Shown here piece after piece: positions 1 to 10,499 of a stretch of DNA of 64,000 bases (its first letter is position 1; every line of letters begins with the position of its first letter). Source of the stretch: Eledone cirrhosa (taxonomy: Eukaryota); contig OZ024741.1 in the NCBI GenBank assembly GCA_964016885.1, forward strand, positions 100,564,001 through 100,628,000, in the 5' to 3' direction. Made by a program: the position numbers and the translations under genes. The notes beneath the pieces are model-generated. The model saw only the letters and a list, made by a program, of their open reading frames with translations, was not told where the DNA came from and searched no databases.

Positions 1-1099
1 TTGTCGCTCTGTCTGTCGGTCTGTTCCTATGCGTTCTCTAACAGCTGGACCAAATCAAATCAAATTTTACAAGGTAATAAACCCCGGGGGTGTCAACATG
101 TAATTTTTATTTCATTTGGATTAAAACAATATAAGATTGTATCTAAAATATTATTTTTATAGTCAACTATAGTAAATCACCACGACAACAACAACGGACG
201 TCACATTTTCTATATGAGTGTGTATGTGTCTGTGAGTGTGTGTGTGTGAGTTTGTGCGTTCGTTATGTACGTTAGGCCTTAGAGAATTAAACACACACAC
301 ATCTACACAGACATACACATGATGTGGTGAGTGTAGACGTCACATTTTGTTTGTGTATGTGCCTGTCTTATTATATGTATGAGAATGTATGTTATATTGT
401 ATGTGTGTGTGAGTGTATGTGTGTGTGGGGTGTATGTGTTTTGACTGCCATAACGATATTTTCTTTAGTCAACTATAGTAAACCATCCCCACCCCCACGA
501 TGAAGTCACATTTTGTATATGAGAGTGCACACAGACAACTAATCACACACACATCTACATATACAAATGCATGTGTTATGACAGACAGGTGTGCGTATGT
601 GTGTGTCTGTCTTATTATATGTATGTGAGTGTATGTGAGTGTATGTGAGTGTGTATGTGTGTGAGAGTGTATATGTGTACGAGTGTGTGTGACAGTGTAT
701 GTGTGTGTGAATGTATGTGTATGTGAGTGTAGGTGTGTGTGAGTGTATGTGTGATAATTTTTTTTTTCATTTAGATTAAAACAATAGGACGTCACATTTC
801 GTATATGAATATGTGTCTGTGAATGTGTATTTGTGTGATCATTAGGTACGTTAAATACACACACACACACATCTACATATATATATGAATTACACAATGA
901 ATATTGTTTAGCCTAAGGTTCTCCAATATTCACAGATTCTCATTTCTAAATTATATTATCATTACAATTTTGATATTTAAAAAGTTAAATATATATATTT
1001 TGAAATAATTAGGAGAAAAAAAAACATATCTTCATATGTATTGTTTGCTAATCTGAATAAGAACAGCAGTATCCCGTTCAACGCCGGGTTATTCAGCTA

Positions 1100-1100
<1 letters not shown>
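1..1100 (+). mobile_element. Non-autonomous Helitron, 3' part (5' end just outside the window)
   Basis: Subterminal hairpin CCCG-ttcaacgc-CGGG (1073-1088), then CTAG (1097-1100) and (TA)n. The window opens with a GTCTGTC-type tract typical of Helitron 5' regions. Interior has degenerate ~300-bp repeats. Confidence 0.75.
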
Positions 1101-1142
<42 letters not shown>

Positions 1143-1147
<5 letters not shown>

Positions 1148-1211
1148 GGTGTCCAATTTTATATATAAACTTGTATAAAACTATCTAGTGATTTTGTAGA
1201 AACCCTGCATA
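1143..1211. mobile_element. Tiny Tc1/mariner-type MITE remnant
   Basis: TA-CAGGGTGTCC ... AAACCCTG-CA degenerate terminal inverted repeats next to (TA)n. Confidence 0.35.
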
Positions 1212-1544
1212 TCTATACATATATGTATACACACATATATATATATGAATATACTCTGCATTGAGAGAATTGGATGAATATCTACAGTTACATAAGTATT
1301 ATTATGTATGTAGATATCTGTATGCGGGTATATAACCGTCTGCATATGTATATGCGTGTATGACAATTTGTGTGTTTATTTCGGGAGATGTACTTCCATT
1401 TTTAATCCATCCTAAAACAGCTACATATAGTACGTAACTGGATTAGCACACACATATATATATATATAACGAAGGAGGTGTGGTAAGGAACCAGATGGAC
1501 CATAACGCATCAGAGTATACAATATTTAGGGCAGTAGAGTGGGT

Positions 1545-1678
1545 AATAGGTAAAGGTTTGACTCCGTCGGCAGAGCTCAACAGCCGTTCTCGACGGCTAT
1601 TTCTGGACTACTTAGTCCAGAAATAGCCGGTCAAAAACGGCTTGAGCTCTGCCGTCGGGGTCACACATTTTGCTATTT
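1545..1678. repeat. ~130-bp imperfect palindrome containing the 3' half of a hammerhead ribozyme on each arm
   Basis: GGCTATTTCTGGACTA-ct-TAGTCCAGAAATAGCC at the centre (~1595-1628). Flanking arms GGCAGAGCTCAA / TTGAGCTCTGCC. Confidence 0.85.
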
Positions 1679-1728
1679 ATATATATATATATATATAAGT
1701 GGTTACACAACAGTTAGTTCACCATACC

Positions 1729-1764
1729 GAGAACAATTGTTTCAACTTAGCGGATCCTCAGCTC
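1729..1764 (-). ncRNA. Minimal type I hammerhead ribozyme in the Penelope 3' pLTR
   Basis: Minus strand GAG-CTGAGGA-TCCGCTAAGTT-GAAA-CAATTG-TT-CTC: CUGANGA and GAAA cores, palindromic stem III (ACAATTGT), stem I GAG/CTC. Stem II is weakened in this copy. Confidence 0.65.
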
Positions 1765-1938
1765 TTAATGGACATGTTTATACGGAACAGGAAGGACAAC
1801 CGTACGAACGCGCATGTGCAGAAACCAGGTCACTTCACATAGGCAATACTAAATGCGCGCGAGAGGTTTAAGGGAGATAACTGCGAAAGTCCAAAAAGTT
1901 CTTAGCTGATAATAAAATGATGATGATGTTGTAATAAT

Positions 1939-2493
1939 TCAATCCGGAGCGTTGTAGTTATGCAAGAGGTGTTTCGAGACGTGTGGACAATGTGTGAAGA
2001 ATTAATTTCTCGTGTTTAGTCAATCACTATTGCATACTCTCTTTAGAATATTTATTCGTTCATCAAAACATAGTACACACGACGGATTTCCCCTTGCGTA
2101 TGGCTTGGACTTAGTGATGGCTTTACATTGAATGGAATAGTCTATACTTGAGTCCTTGAGGGACCATACGTGGCTCGCGAGTTTCGTGGATGAACGTCTG
2201 TCCCCGCGTACCAAAAGGTCGACTGGTGGTTCAGGCAACGTTCCTTAAATCGGCCCTCCGCCATGCCCACATAGGATTTGACTTCCTGTAGTTGGTTTGG
2301 TCTGTTGGAAGTGACCACAGCTTCATAAATTACAGCGGGTGTGTTGAATTGCTGTTGAAGATCACAAGCTTCGGGCTTACGACAAGAGCAGCCTGGTGGG
2401 GTGTTGGTCCTAGGGCTGCTACTGATGTGGGCCTTCATGTTCTTAGCGCAGGAGTATCCTAATTTTACTTCGTGTCGGTTAAAGATGGAGCGG
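1939..2493 (-). pseudogene. Degraded GIY-YIG endonuclease/Zn-finger C-terminus of a Penelope-like ORF
   Basis: VIY...YVG (GIY-YIG variant), catalytic R, E and N positions, Cys/His motifs. Frameshift near 2210 and in-frame stops (TGA, TAA) near 2002-2022. Confidence 0.85.
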
Positions 2494-2604
2494 TATTTAC
2501 ACCTCTCGCACGCATTTTAGTATTGCCTATGTTAAGTGACCTGGTTTCTGCGAATGCGCGTTCGTACGGTTTGTCCTTCTGTTCCGTATAAACCATGTCC
2601 ATTA

Positions 2605-2642
2605 CGAGCTGAGGATCCGCTAAGGTGAAACAATTGTTCTCG
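2605..2642 (+). ncRNA. Minimal type I hammerhead ribozyme in the inverted Penelope pLTR
   Basis: CGAG-CTGAGGA-T-CC-GCTAA-GG-T-GAAA-CAATTG-TT-CTCG: stem I CGAG/CTCG, short stem II, palindromic stem III, predicted cleavage after GUU. Confidence 0.75.
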
Positions 2643-2706
2643 AATTTGTGAACTAACTGTTTTGTAACCACTTCGTACCTAACTCGTCCCATGGACTGAG
2701 TTCTCT

Positions 2707-2906
2707 NNNNNNNNNNNNNNNNNNNNNNNNNNNNNNNNNNNNNNNNNNNNNNNNNNNNNNNNNNNNNNNNNNNNNNNNNNNNNNNNNNNNNNNNNNNNNN
2801 NNNNNNNNNNNNNNNNNNNNNNNNNNNNNNNNNNNNNNNNNNNNNNNNNNNNNNNNNNNNNNNNNNNNNNNNNNNNNNNNNNNNNNNNNNNNNNNNNNNN
2901 NNNNNN
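2707..2906. other. Assembly gap (200 N) next to a (CT)n microsatellite
   Basis: Run of N flanked by CT repeats (2907-3056). Confidence 0.99.
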
Positions 2907-2972
2907 CTCTCTCTTTCTCTCTCTCTCTCTCTTTCTCTCTCTCCCTCTCATTCTCTCTCTCTCTCCCTCTCT

Positions 2973-3056
<84 letters not shown>

Positions 3057-3614
3057 AAAGATTTAGTGATGTAAATAACTTTATCATTATAAAACTTGTG
3101 TTGGGAACATTCAACAATATGGTCATTGCATAAATCTATGATGATAGCTAAAGATATTTTTGTACCATAGAATCTGTTGTGGGTCTTTGATTGGCTTAGT
3201 ATCAGCCAGTTAATCAAGTGACTATTCCCCTTTGCAGTGCTTTCTATCCTTTAGTCTCCAGTCCCTGCTCTCTCTCTCTTTCTCCCTCTCTCTCCCTCCC
3301 TTTCTCCCTCTCTCTCCCTCTCTCCCTCAATATAATATAAAAAGGACTTGTATACTTTTTAGCTACTTTTATCACATGCTGACCTCTTACACTGCAGTTT
3401 AAATTAGGCAGTTTACTGTGACTTCAAACTTAGCAACATTGTTAAATAAAATGGTAGTGTAACTGATTAACCCCTTCATTAATATATTTCTAATGAAATA
3501 CACTATTTATGTGTTTCAAATGTTAAAAATAAAGAATTAGGAGGATTTTAATAACAATTTTTTTTTTCATCGTTTTAATCTTGTATTTGTAATATAACTT
3601 GAAAGTTTCTTCCA

Positions 3615-3745
3615 TAAGGTGGTTTAGTGGTTAGAGAATTGGATTCACAATTGTGAGGTTGTGACTTTGATATCTTGACCAGGCAATGTGTTCTATCCTT
3701 GAGCAAGATACTTTATTTCATGTTGTTCTTTCTGCCAGGAGTTGA
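3615..3745 (+). mobile_element. tRNA-derived SINE, family B (degraded)
   Basis: TGGTTTAGTGGTTAG A-box-like head and CCTTGAGCAAGATACTTTATTTCA body. Homologous to 39565, 43241, 61892. Confidence 0.65.
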
Positions 3746-5037
3746 AACCAGTAGATAGTATGATCAATGGAAACATTGTTTTCTTGGTCCGATTTGACAA
3801 ACTCCAACTTACTTAGTAAGCGAATAAGGTTTGAGATCTTTTTGATCGATAGGGGGGGGGGGGGGAATATGATGGTAGGTTTTAGTATGAATGAGTAAGG
3901 ACATTTATGCCTTACCAACAGAAGGAAAATACCTTGAAGGAGCACTCGGCATGATAAATGTCAATACAAATGTGTTTTTTTTTTGTTTTGTTTTTTTTTT
4001 GTTTCTTCATAACCATTTTCATACCAACTGTGTTTTAGCTGAGATTATTTTTGCAATTAAGAGACAAGAAGAAACAAGCAAGGGAGATAAATTCAATTAT
4101 AATATCAGCTAATCCAAATATTTGGAAAACAAAAACATATTGTCATGCTAGTGATTCATATTTTTGTTGTAAATCTTGTGTTTCAACAATCTTGTCTTTC
4201 AATTTCTAAAGAGCTTGATGAAATAAGTGCAGGATATTCTATATGTATATTTGTATGAATGTCTGCATTCATTTATGCGTTTGAATCTATGTATCATCAT
4301 CATCTAACATCTATCTACCACGCTAGCAATGTTTATGTATATATGTGTTTGTGTGTGAATATAGGTATGTATATATGCATGTGGAAAATGATATGAGGTG
4401 CATTAAAGCAAAACTTCAATCACTGCCATTTGTTTTCTTTGAAAAATAAAGCCTATTCCCTGCTCATATGTATGGAGAGCATACTCAGCTAATATTTGAC
4501 AGTTTCTGTGTATGATTTTACATAAACATCTTATATATATTATAGACAGAGAGAGAGGGAGGGGGGTTGGAAATAGCACTGAAAATATATTTAAGGATCT
4601 ATTTTTCTTCTTTTTTTTTTTCTTTGATTTGTCAGTGACATTATTGAAAAAATGCGAGGAAAATTCTTTTAAAAAAAGAGTTTTATAATGTATATAAAAT
4701 ATATATTTTTTGACGAATCAAAGAAGAAAAAAAGCAAAACAGATCCAATTCCACCTTTTCTCTATAACCCCTGCTTTTTATAGAACGTTACTCCCTTTTC
4801 AAATATACACCTTTTCCCTATCACCGCATTTTCTCTATCGTATTTTCTTAAACAAAACATATCTTGTATTTTCGTTTATTGTTAAATTATGCCCAAAATA
4901 CGGCGATCTTATCTTAAACCTTACATTCACGCTAACAACCCATCATCCCTCCCTCCCGCCCCCACGCACCACCATTATTACGTGGACCAATCATAAGTCA
5001 GAGGCCCATACTATCGCTTAACTGTTAGCTTTTCGAT

Positions 5038-8000
5038 ATGATGGATGGACTACGGAATTCTGGAGAGTTGAAGAGAGAAAAATGTGGACGCTCAGCGACA
5101 ATGCCAAAGATAAAGCCAAATTCACCTCGTGGACGAGAATGCAAGCACTCCTCCTTGTTTCGGCCCAGGATGGCTAACATAACCCCATCCCCCCCCGCGC
5201 CCCACTGCTCCCACCCTCCAAACGCAATCCAAAACTTCAGAGTTGGTACCATGAATGTAGGCACCCTAAAGGGTCGCTCTAACGAGGTTGTAGAAATGCT
5301 TGAACGTAAGGAGGTCGATGTTTGTTGTATTCAAGAGACCAGGTGGAGGGGAGGGTCGGCTAGATTCATCGTGGGTAAAGAACGATGCTATAAGCTTTTG
5401 CTTTTCTGGGTGGGAAATGACAATGGGTTGGGTGGGGTAGGAATCATGGTAGCAGAAAAGTGGGCAGATAAGATAATAGACGTAAATAGAGTGAACGACA
5501 GAATAATTAAAATAAGACTTGTCCTCAATAAAACTACGGTGACAGTAATATCTGCGTACGCACCCCAATCCGGACTGCCCGGCGCTATAAAAGACAGATT
5601 CTACGAGACACTGATGCTCGCTACCTCCCAAATAACCGACAGTGACTATATAGTTATTGCAGGCGACCTAAATGGTCACGTTGGACAACATTGTGACGGC
5701 TATGACGGAATCCATGGAGGCTATGGGTTCGGTACTAGAAATGAGGAAGGCTCCAGAATCCTGGAATTCTGCGACGCAAATAACTTAACTATCTGTAACA
5801 CTAACTTCAAAAAACGAGACAATCACTTGATCACCTATAGATCGGGGGAACACACAAGCCAGGTAGATTATATCCTTACCAGAAGACGTGACAGAGTGTC
5901 TGTTGTTAACACTAAATCCCACCCCCATGAAGAATTCACCTCCCAACATAGACTGATAATTAGCGACCTCATAGTCAGGACGAGACGTACTAGACAGCGG
6001 AAGAGGACTATCCTCAGGAGAAAAATATGGAAGCTAAAGGACCCCATAGCCAGAAATAAATTTCAAAGCATATTACTTGACGCTTTCGACAGTAAGGAAG
6101 AGCAATTGGAGTCGTATAATATAGAGGAACAGTGGGAATTCCTGAGAGCAAACCTGCTGACGGCGGCAGACGAAGTCTGTGGCTGGAGCAGGCCTATAGG
6201 TAGGAGGAGAGTAACATGGTGGTGGAACAGTAAGGTGGAGGAGTCAATTAAGGCCAAAAAGCAGGCTTGGAAAGTATGGCGGGATGGGGGAAGTAGAGAA
6301 GACTATCAAGTGGCCAGGAGGGAAGCTAGGAGACAAGTGTACTTCGCAAGAAGGGAAGCAGAGGAAAGAAAGTTCAAGCATGTTCTACAACGTGAGGACC
6401 AAAAACGTGAGGTGTTCAGGATTGCCAGGCAATGTGTCAAGGAAAACCGTGATATTGTCGGGGAGAAGTGTGTACTTAACGATGATGGCATACTTGCCAT
6501 CACCGACGCTGATAAGAAGGTAGCTTGGAAGTGTCACTACGAAAGGCTTCTAAATGAGGAGAACAAATGGGAGAAAGACAGTCTCCCCCAGATCGATCCA
6601 ATAGAGGGACCAGCAGTGTTAGTTGAAGGTAGTATAATAAGTAAGGCAATCAAAGATATGAAGACGGGTAAGGCGGCTGGGCCTTCGGAAATAGTTGCTG
6701 AGATGCTGAAGGCATCTGGTTCGGTGGGACACACCATGGTCACCCGGATAGTTAACCAAGTCGTACAGAATGGGGTTGTTCCGAAGGAATGGCGTAGCAG
6801 CATCATCGTTAACTGCTATAAGGGAAAAGGAGATGCCCTAGATAGGAGTAACTATAGAGGCATTAAATTAATCGACCAGGTCATGAAGGTCACGGAAAAA
6901 GTAATAGCGCAACTAATCAGAGAGAGAATTGATCTAGATGAAATGCAGTTCGGGTTTGTGTCAGGCAAAAGTACCACAGACGCTCTTTTCATTGTACGAC
7001 AACTACAGGAGAAGTACCTAGCTAAAAGTAAACCCCTATACTTAGCTTTCGTCGACTTGGAGAAAGCCTTCGACAGAGTCCCCCGTTCCATTATCTGGTG
7101 GTCTCTTAGAAAACTAGGTGTTGACGAATGGCTTGTGAGAGCTATACAAGCTATGTATAAAGAAACAGTCAGTAAGGTTAGAATTAACAACGAATATAGT
7201 GAAGAGTTTAGCGTAAAAGTTGGTGTCCATCAGGGCTCTGTTCTTAGCCCCCTACTATTTATTATTGCCCTTCAGGCTATAACAGAGGAGTTCAAGACCG
7301 GCTGCCCATGGGAACTCCTATACGCAGATGATCTAACGCTCATAGCTGAATCAATGGCCGAGCTAGAGAAGAAATTCCAAACATGGAAGCACGGCCTAGA
7401 ATCAAAAGGCCTTAAAATTAACCTGGCTAAGACTAAAGTTCTAGTTTGTAGGAAAGAAAATAAGGCGGCGGTCCCATCTGGGAAATGGCCATGCTCAGTG
7501 TGTAGCAAAGGCGTAGGTAGAAACTCCATTTTATGTCCCAAATGCAAAGTATGGGTGCATAAAAGATGTAGTGGGATCACAGGTAAGCTAACTAAGAACA
7601 TAGATTTTACATGTGGCCGGTGCTCTGGTGCAATAAGTAGCAGCAAGTGCCCACAAAATACTAGCTCCTTCAACTGCGCAGAGGGTTCTATAGAAATAGT
7701 GGACAGCTTCCGTTATCTGGGTGACAAAATCAGCAGTGGGGGAGGGTGCTCTGAAAGTACAGTAGCTAGAGTCAGAACTGGATGGAAAAAGTTCAGAGAG
7801 CTTATACCACTATTAGCCGCTAGAGGGTTCTCCCTAAAAATGAAAGGCAGGTTATACGATGCCTGCATACGAACAGCAATGCTGCATGGCAGTGAGACCT
7901 GGGCATTGTGTGCAGAGGATATACGCAGACTAGAGAGGAACGAAGCTTGCATGCTCCGCTGGATGTGCAATAGTAATATACGTGAACGGCAAAGCATAAA

Positions 8001-8277
8001 CGAACTAAGGAAAAAATTAGAAATAAGAGGGATCAGATGTTGTTTACTCGAGAGAAGGCTACGTTGGTACGGTCACGTGATGCGCATGAAAGACGACAGC
8101 TGTATAACAAAGTGTAGGGCAATAAAGATAGACGGTAGCCACGGAGTAGGCAGACCCAGAAAAACATGGGACGAGCTGATAAATTCCGACCTCACACGCT
8201 TACACCTCTCCAAGACAATGTCACTGGACCGAGACCTTTGGCGGTACTCAGTAATAGAGAAGACCCGCCTTACCTAA
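5038..8277 (+). CDS. RTE LINE ORF: APE endonuclease, reverse transcriptase and inserted PHD-like Zn finger (1079 aa, uninterrupted)
   Basis: APE motifs GTMNVGTL, CCIQETRW, AYAPQ, GDLNGHVG, QVDYIL, SQHRL. RT motifs YRGIKL, QFGF, FVDLEKAFD, GVHQGSVLSPLLF, YADD, FRYLG. Finger CSVC..CPKC..WVHKRC..CGRC. RTE C-terminus RRLRWYGHVMR..GRPRKTW. Confidence 0.97.
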   Translation: MMDGLRNSGELKREKCGRSATMPKIKPNSPRGRECKHSSLFRPRMANITPSPPAPHCSHPPNAIQNFRVGTMNVGTLKGRSNEVVEMLERKEVDVCCIQETRWRGGSARFIVGKERCYKLLLFWVGNDNGLGGVGIMVAEKWADKIIDVNRVNDRIIKIRLVLNKTTVTVISAYAPQSGLPGAIKDRFYETLMLATSQITDSDYIVIAGDLNGHVGQHCDGYDGIHGGYGFGTRNEEGSRILEFCDANNLTICNTNFKKRDNHLITYRSGEHTSQVDYILTRRRDRVSVVNTKSHPHEEFTSQHRLIISDLIVRTRRTRQRKRTILRRKIWKLKDPIARNKFQSILLDAFDSKEEQLESYNIEEQWEFLRANLLTAADEVCGWSRPIGRRRVTWWWNSKVEESIKAKKQAWKVWRDGGSREDYQVARREARRQVYFARREAEERKFKHVLQREDQKREVFRIARQCVKENRDIVGEKCVLNDDGILAITDADKKVAWKCHYERLLNEENKWEKDSLPQIDPIEGPAVLVEGSIISKAIKDMKTGKAAGPSEIVAEMLKASGSVGHTMVTRIVNQVVQNGVVPKEWRSSIIVNCYKGKGDALDRSNYRGIKLIDQVMKVTEKVIAQLIRERIDLDEMQFGFVSGKSTTDALFIVRQLQEKYLAKSKPLYLAFVDLEKAFDRVPRSIIWWSLRKLGVDEWLVRAIQAMYKETVSKVRINNEYSEEFSVKVGVHQGSVLSPLLFIIALQAITEEFKTGCPWELLYADDLTLIAESMAELEKKFQTWKHGLESKGLKINLAKTKVLVCRKENKAAVPSGKWPCSVCSKGVGRNSILCPKCKVWVHKRCSGITGKLTKNIDFTCGRCSGAISSSKCPQNTSSFNCAEGSIEIVDSFRYLGDKISSGGGCSESTVARVRTGWKKFRELIPLLAARGFSLKMKGRLYDACIRTAMLHGSETWALCAEDIRRLERNEACMLRWMCNSNIRERQSINELRKKLEIRGIRCCLLERRLRWYGHVMRMKDDSCITKCRAIKIDGSHGVGRPRKTWDELINSDLTRLHLSKTMSLDRDLWRYSVIEKTRLT

Positions 8278-8439
8278 ATACAAAGTAAAAACCTACTACA
8301 GTCAGTAGGCATCTCTATCAAAACACACCCCCGTCCCTCCACCCCACCCACACCGCCCCTTTCAATGTAAAGTTATGTTGGTCCCACAACATCCAGGCCG
8401 AAACAAATGAGATCGTGTAGGTGTCACGACAAAAAACAC

Positions 8440-8671
8440 ACAGTCCACGCTGTAAATGTGGCCGTGTAGGCAACACGGTAAAAACCTCCCAGCCCCACAC
8501 TGTAAATGTGGTTGGTGTTAGGAAGGGCATCCAGCTGTAGAAAACCCGCCAGACAGTCCACGCTGTAATGTGGCCGTGTAGGCAACACGGTAAAAACCTC
8601 CCAGCCCCACACTGTAAATGTGGTTGGTGTTAGGAAGGGCATCCAACTGTAGAAAACCCGCCAGACAGTCC
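8440..8671 (+). repeat. ~113-bp tandem duplication in the RTE 3' UTR
   Basis: Two near-identical units bounded by ACAGTCC at ~8440, 8553 and 8665. Confidence 0.95.
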
Positions 8672-9028
8672 TATGCGAGCAAGACAACCACTCTTGCCTC
8701 AAGTGGGAAAACCCCCGTCCAAACCCATGCAAGCGTGGAACACGGACGCTAAACCTGATGATGATGATGATGATGATGACACATACACAATGGCAATTGG
8801 TTTATTTTCTCTTCTAAATACAATTTGGCCTTTATGTCATGCATGTCAAAATCTATGATAAAATAGTTTGTTATTGTATATATTTATGTCAAACATCTGC
8901 TGGCTATCTTAAGACCAATAATAGAAATAATGCTAATAATAATGATATTGGTGGTGGTGGTATATAATAATGATAAAGTAGATGGTATTGATGTAACCAA
9001 TCTAAATATGCTTCTTAGTGGACCACAT

Positions 9029-9170
9029 CCCATGGTCTAAGATGAGAAGCATTCTTGTCCTTTCTCCTATTAAGATCATTCTATAGTGTTCATAACTGTC
9101 CTATGGTCTAAGATGAGAAGCATTTTTGTCCTTTCTCCTATTAAGATCTTTCTATACTGTGCATAACTCT
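9029..9170. repeat. 71-bp tandem duplication
   Basis: ATGGTCTAAGATGAGAAGCATT..CCTATTAAGATC at 9032 and 9103. Confidence 0.9.
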
Positions 9171-10338
9171 CCTTATTCTGTGTCAAGGATTTACCAGATA
9201 ATTCCTGATAATTCTTGCAATGTTTCTACTCCTGAATTCAGGTCTAGTTTTCCAATGTTGAAAGGTGTTGTTGCTGCTGTATCATGTGCTTGTTTTTCCT
9301 TATAGCCAAATTATTTTTCACTCTATTTATCATCAAATCAAAAATCTAAAACCTTCAGAATTGATGAAAATGACAGTATAAGACCTATATGTGCAGATCA
9401 GTCACTGGAAATGAAGAATATACACTAAGAGAATGTGTGTGTGTCTGTATGCTCATACAACAAAAACGTAAAAGTGTAGTTTATTGTTTATTTATGATAT
9501 AAACAAGGATTACATTCCAGTTTATCTCATACATAAATCTCTCTTTCTTTCTCTCTCTCTCTCCTCTTTCTCTCTCTTCTCTTTCTTCTCTCTCTCTCTC
9601 TCACACACACTCATATAGATGTTCCATGTAAGCTGATTGGTGTTATTCAAAGATCCCTGCTACAGATAATGATTCACTATTCTTACTGACTTGGAAAAAA
9701 AATGGCTAGAAGACACACACACACACACATACATACACCACACAGGCATGTGTGTGCTCATGTATATCAAATGGATGTTATATAGCTACTCCAAGCATCC
9801 AGAGCTAATAAGAAAGTTCCACACACATAGATACACCCACCCACTCACCCATTCTATCTGCATTTCACTTACTGGTTGATTTGGCTTTAAAGGGGCTCCC
9901 CAGCAAGTTTGTTTATATGCTTAGACAGACCTACCATGCTCCCACTTTACTCTGGCTCTTAATAAGCTGGCTTCACTCAGACCACCAGGGGCCTTGTGCC
10001 ATACTTAAGATAACTGAAGTAGTGGTAGTCTTTTACCTCCCACACAGACAATCACTCAGATAAGCAGGAAGTTATCCTTTTATTTAGAATAAACATTTCA
10101 CTTTACCCCCCCCCCCCAACCCCCTCTCTCTCTGTCCCAGTTATTTTAATCTGTACCTTAACTTTTCAAGTACAATTGATTATTGCCACTCAAACCTGGT
10201 GATGAAAAGCTACCCCTGACAAGATAATCAGTTGTATGTATAAATGTGTGTGTGTGTGCGTGCGTGTGTAAGATTAAGAGTGGTTCTCCAAATAGGCAAG
10301 TTAAATAAGATATTGAATATGTTAAGTAGAGAAGCTAC

Positions 10339-10476
10339 ATAATTTATCTCATACAGAAATGAATTCTGCAGGACATGAACTGCTTCATTCGTTTGAAATC
10401 ATCTAGGCTTTTCTGGTGATTTCAAATAACTGAAACAGTTCTAATCCTGTAGACATTACTTCTATATGATAATTAT
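10339..10476. repeat. ~140-bp diverged palindrome with a degenerate HHR core on each arm
   Basis: TCTGCAGGA..GAACTGCTTCA..TTTGAAATCA versus TGATTTCAAA..TGAAACAGTTC..TCCTGTAGA. Confidence 0.75.
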
Positions 10477-10499
10477 ACTTTTTTGTTTCTTGTTTTCCT

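Larger units (their letters stand above)
1697..2705 (-). mobile_element. 5'-truncated Penelope-like retroelement (Naiad/Neptune-like C-terminal GIY-YIG) with inverted pLTR
   Basis: Minus-strand peptides RSIFNRHEVKLGYSCAKNMK..CSCRKPEAC..VIYEAVV..SYVGMAEGRFKERCLNHQSTF..TKLASHVWSLK..CVLCFDE..LNTRN..HCPH. 1697-1870 is an inverted copy of ~2494-2673. Confidence 0.88.
4709..8779 (+). mobile_element. Apparently full-length RTE-clade LINE (5' boundary approximate), (GAT)n tail
   Basis: Single long APE+RT ORF, ~500-bp 3' UTR with GGAAGGGCATCC and AACCCATGCAAGCGTGGAA motifs, ending in (TGA)n at 8756-8779. Confidence 0.92.

Noticed and set aside
2020-2022. In-frame TGA in the Penelope GIY-YIG tail as possible selenocysteine (described for some Naiad elements)
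   Set aside because: The copy is decayed (TAA six codons later, frameshift) and no SECIS was recognised. Only a family consensus could revive the idea.
2465-2692. 75-aa minus-strand ORF as continuation of the Penelope protein
   Set aside because: It mostly translates the inverted pLTR, not RT sequence.
4709-5037. HDV-like ribozyme in the RTE 5' UTR (known in some RTEs)
   Set aside because: No nested double-pseudoknot pairing could be identified by eye. It needs an RNArobo or Infernal search.
5025-7997. Antisense ORFs overlapping the RTE ORF
   Set aside because: Shadow frames of a long coding sequence with no motifs.
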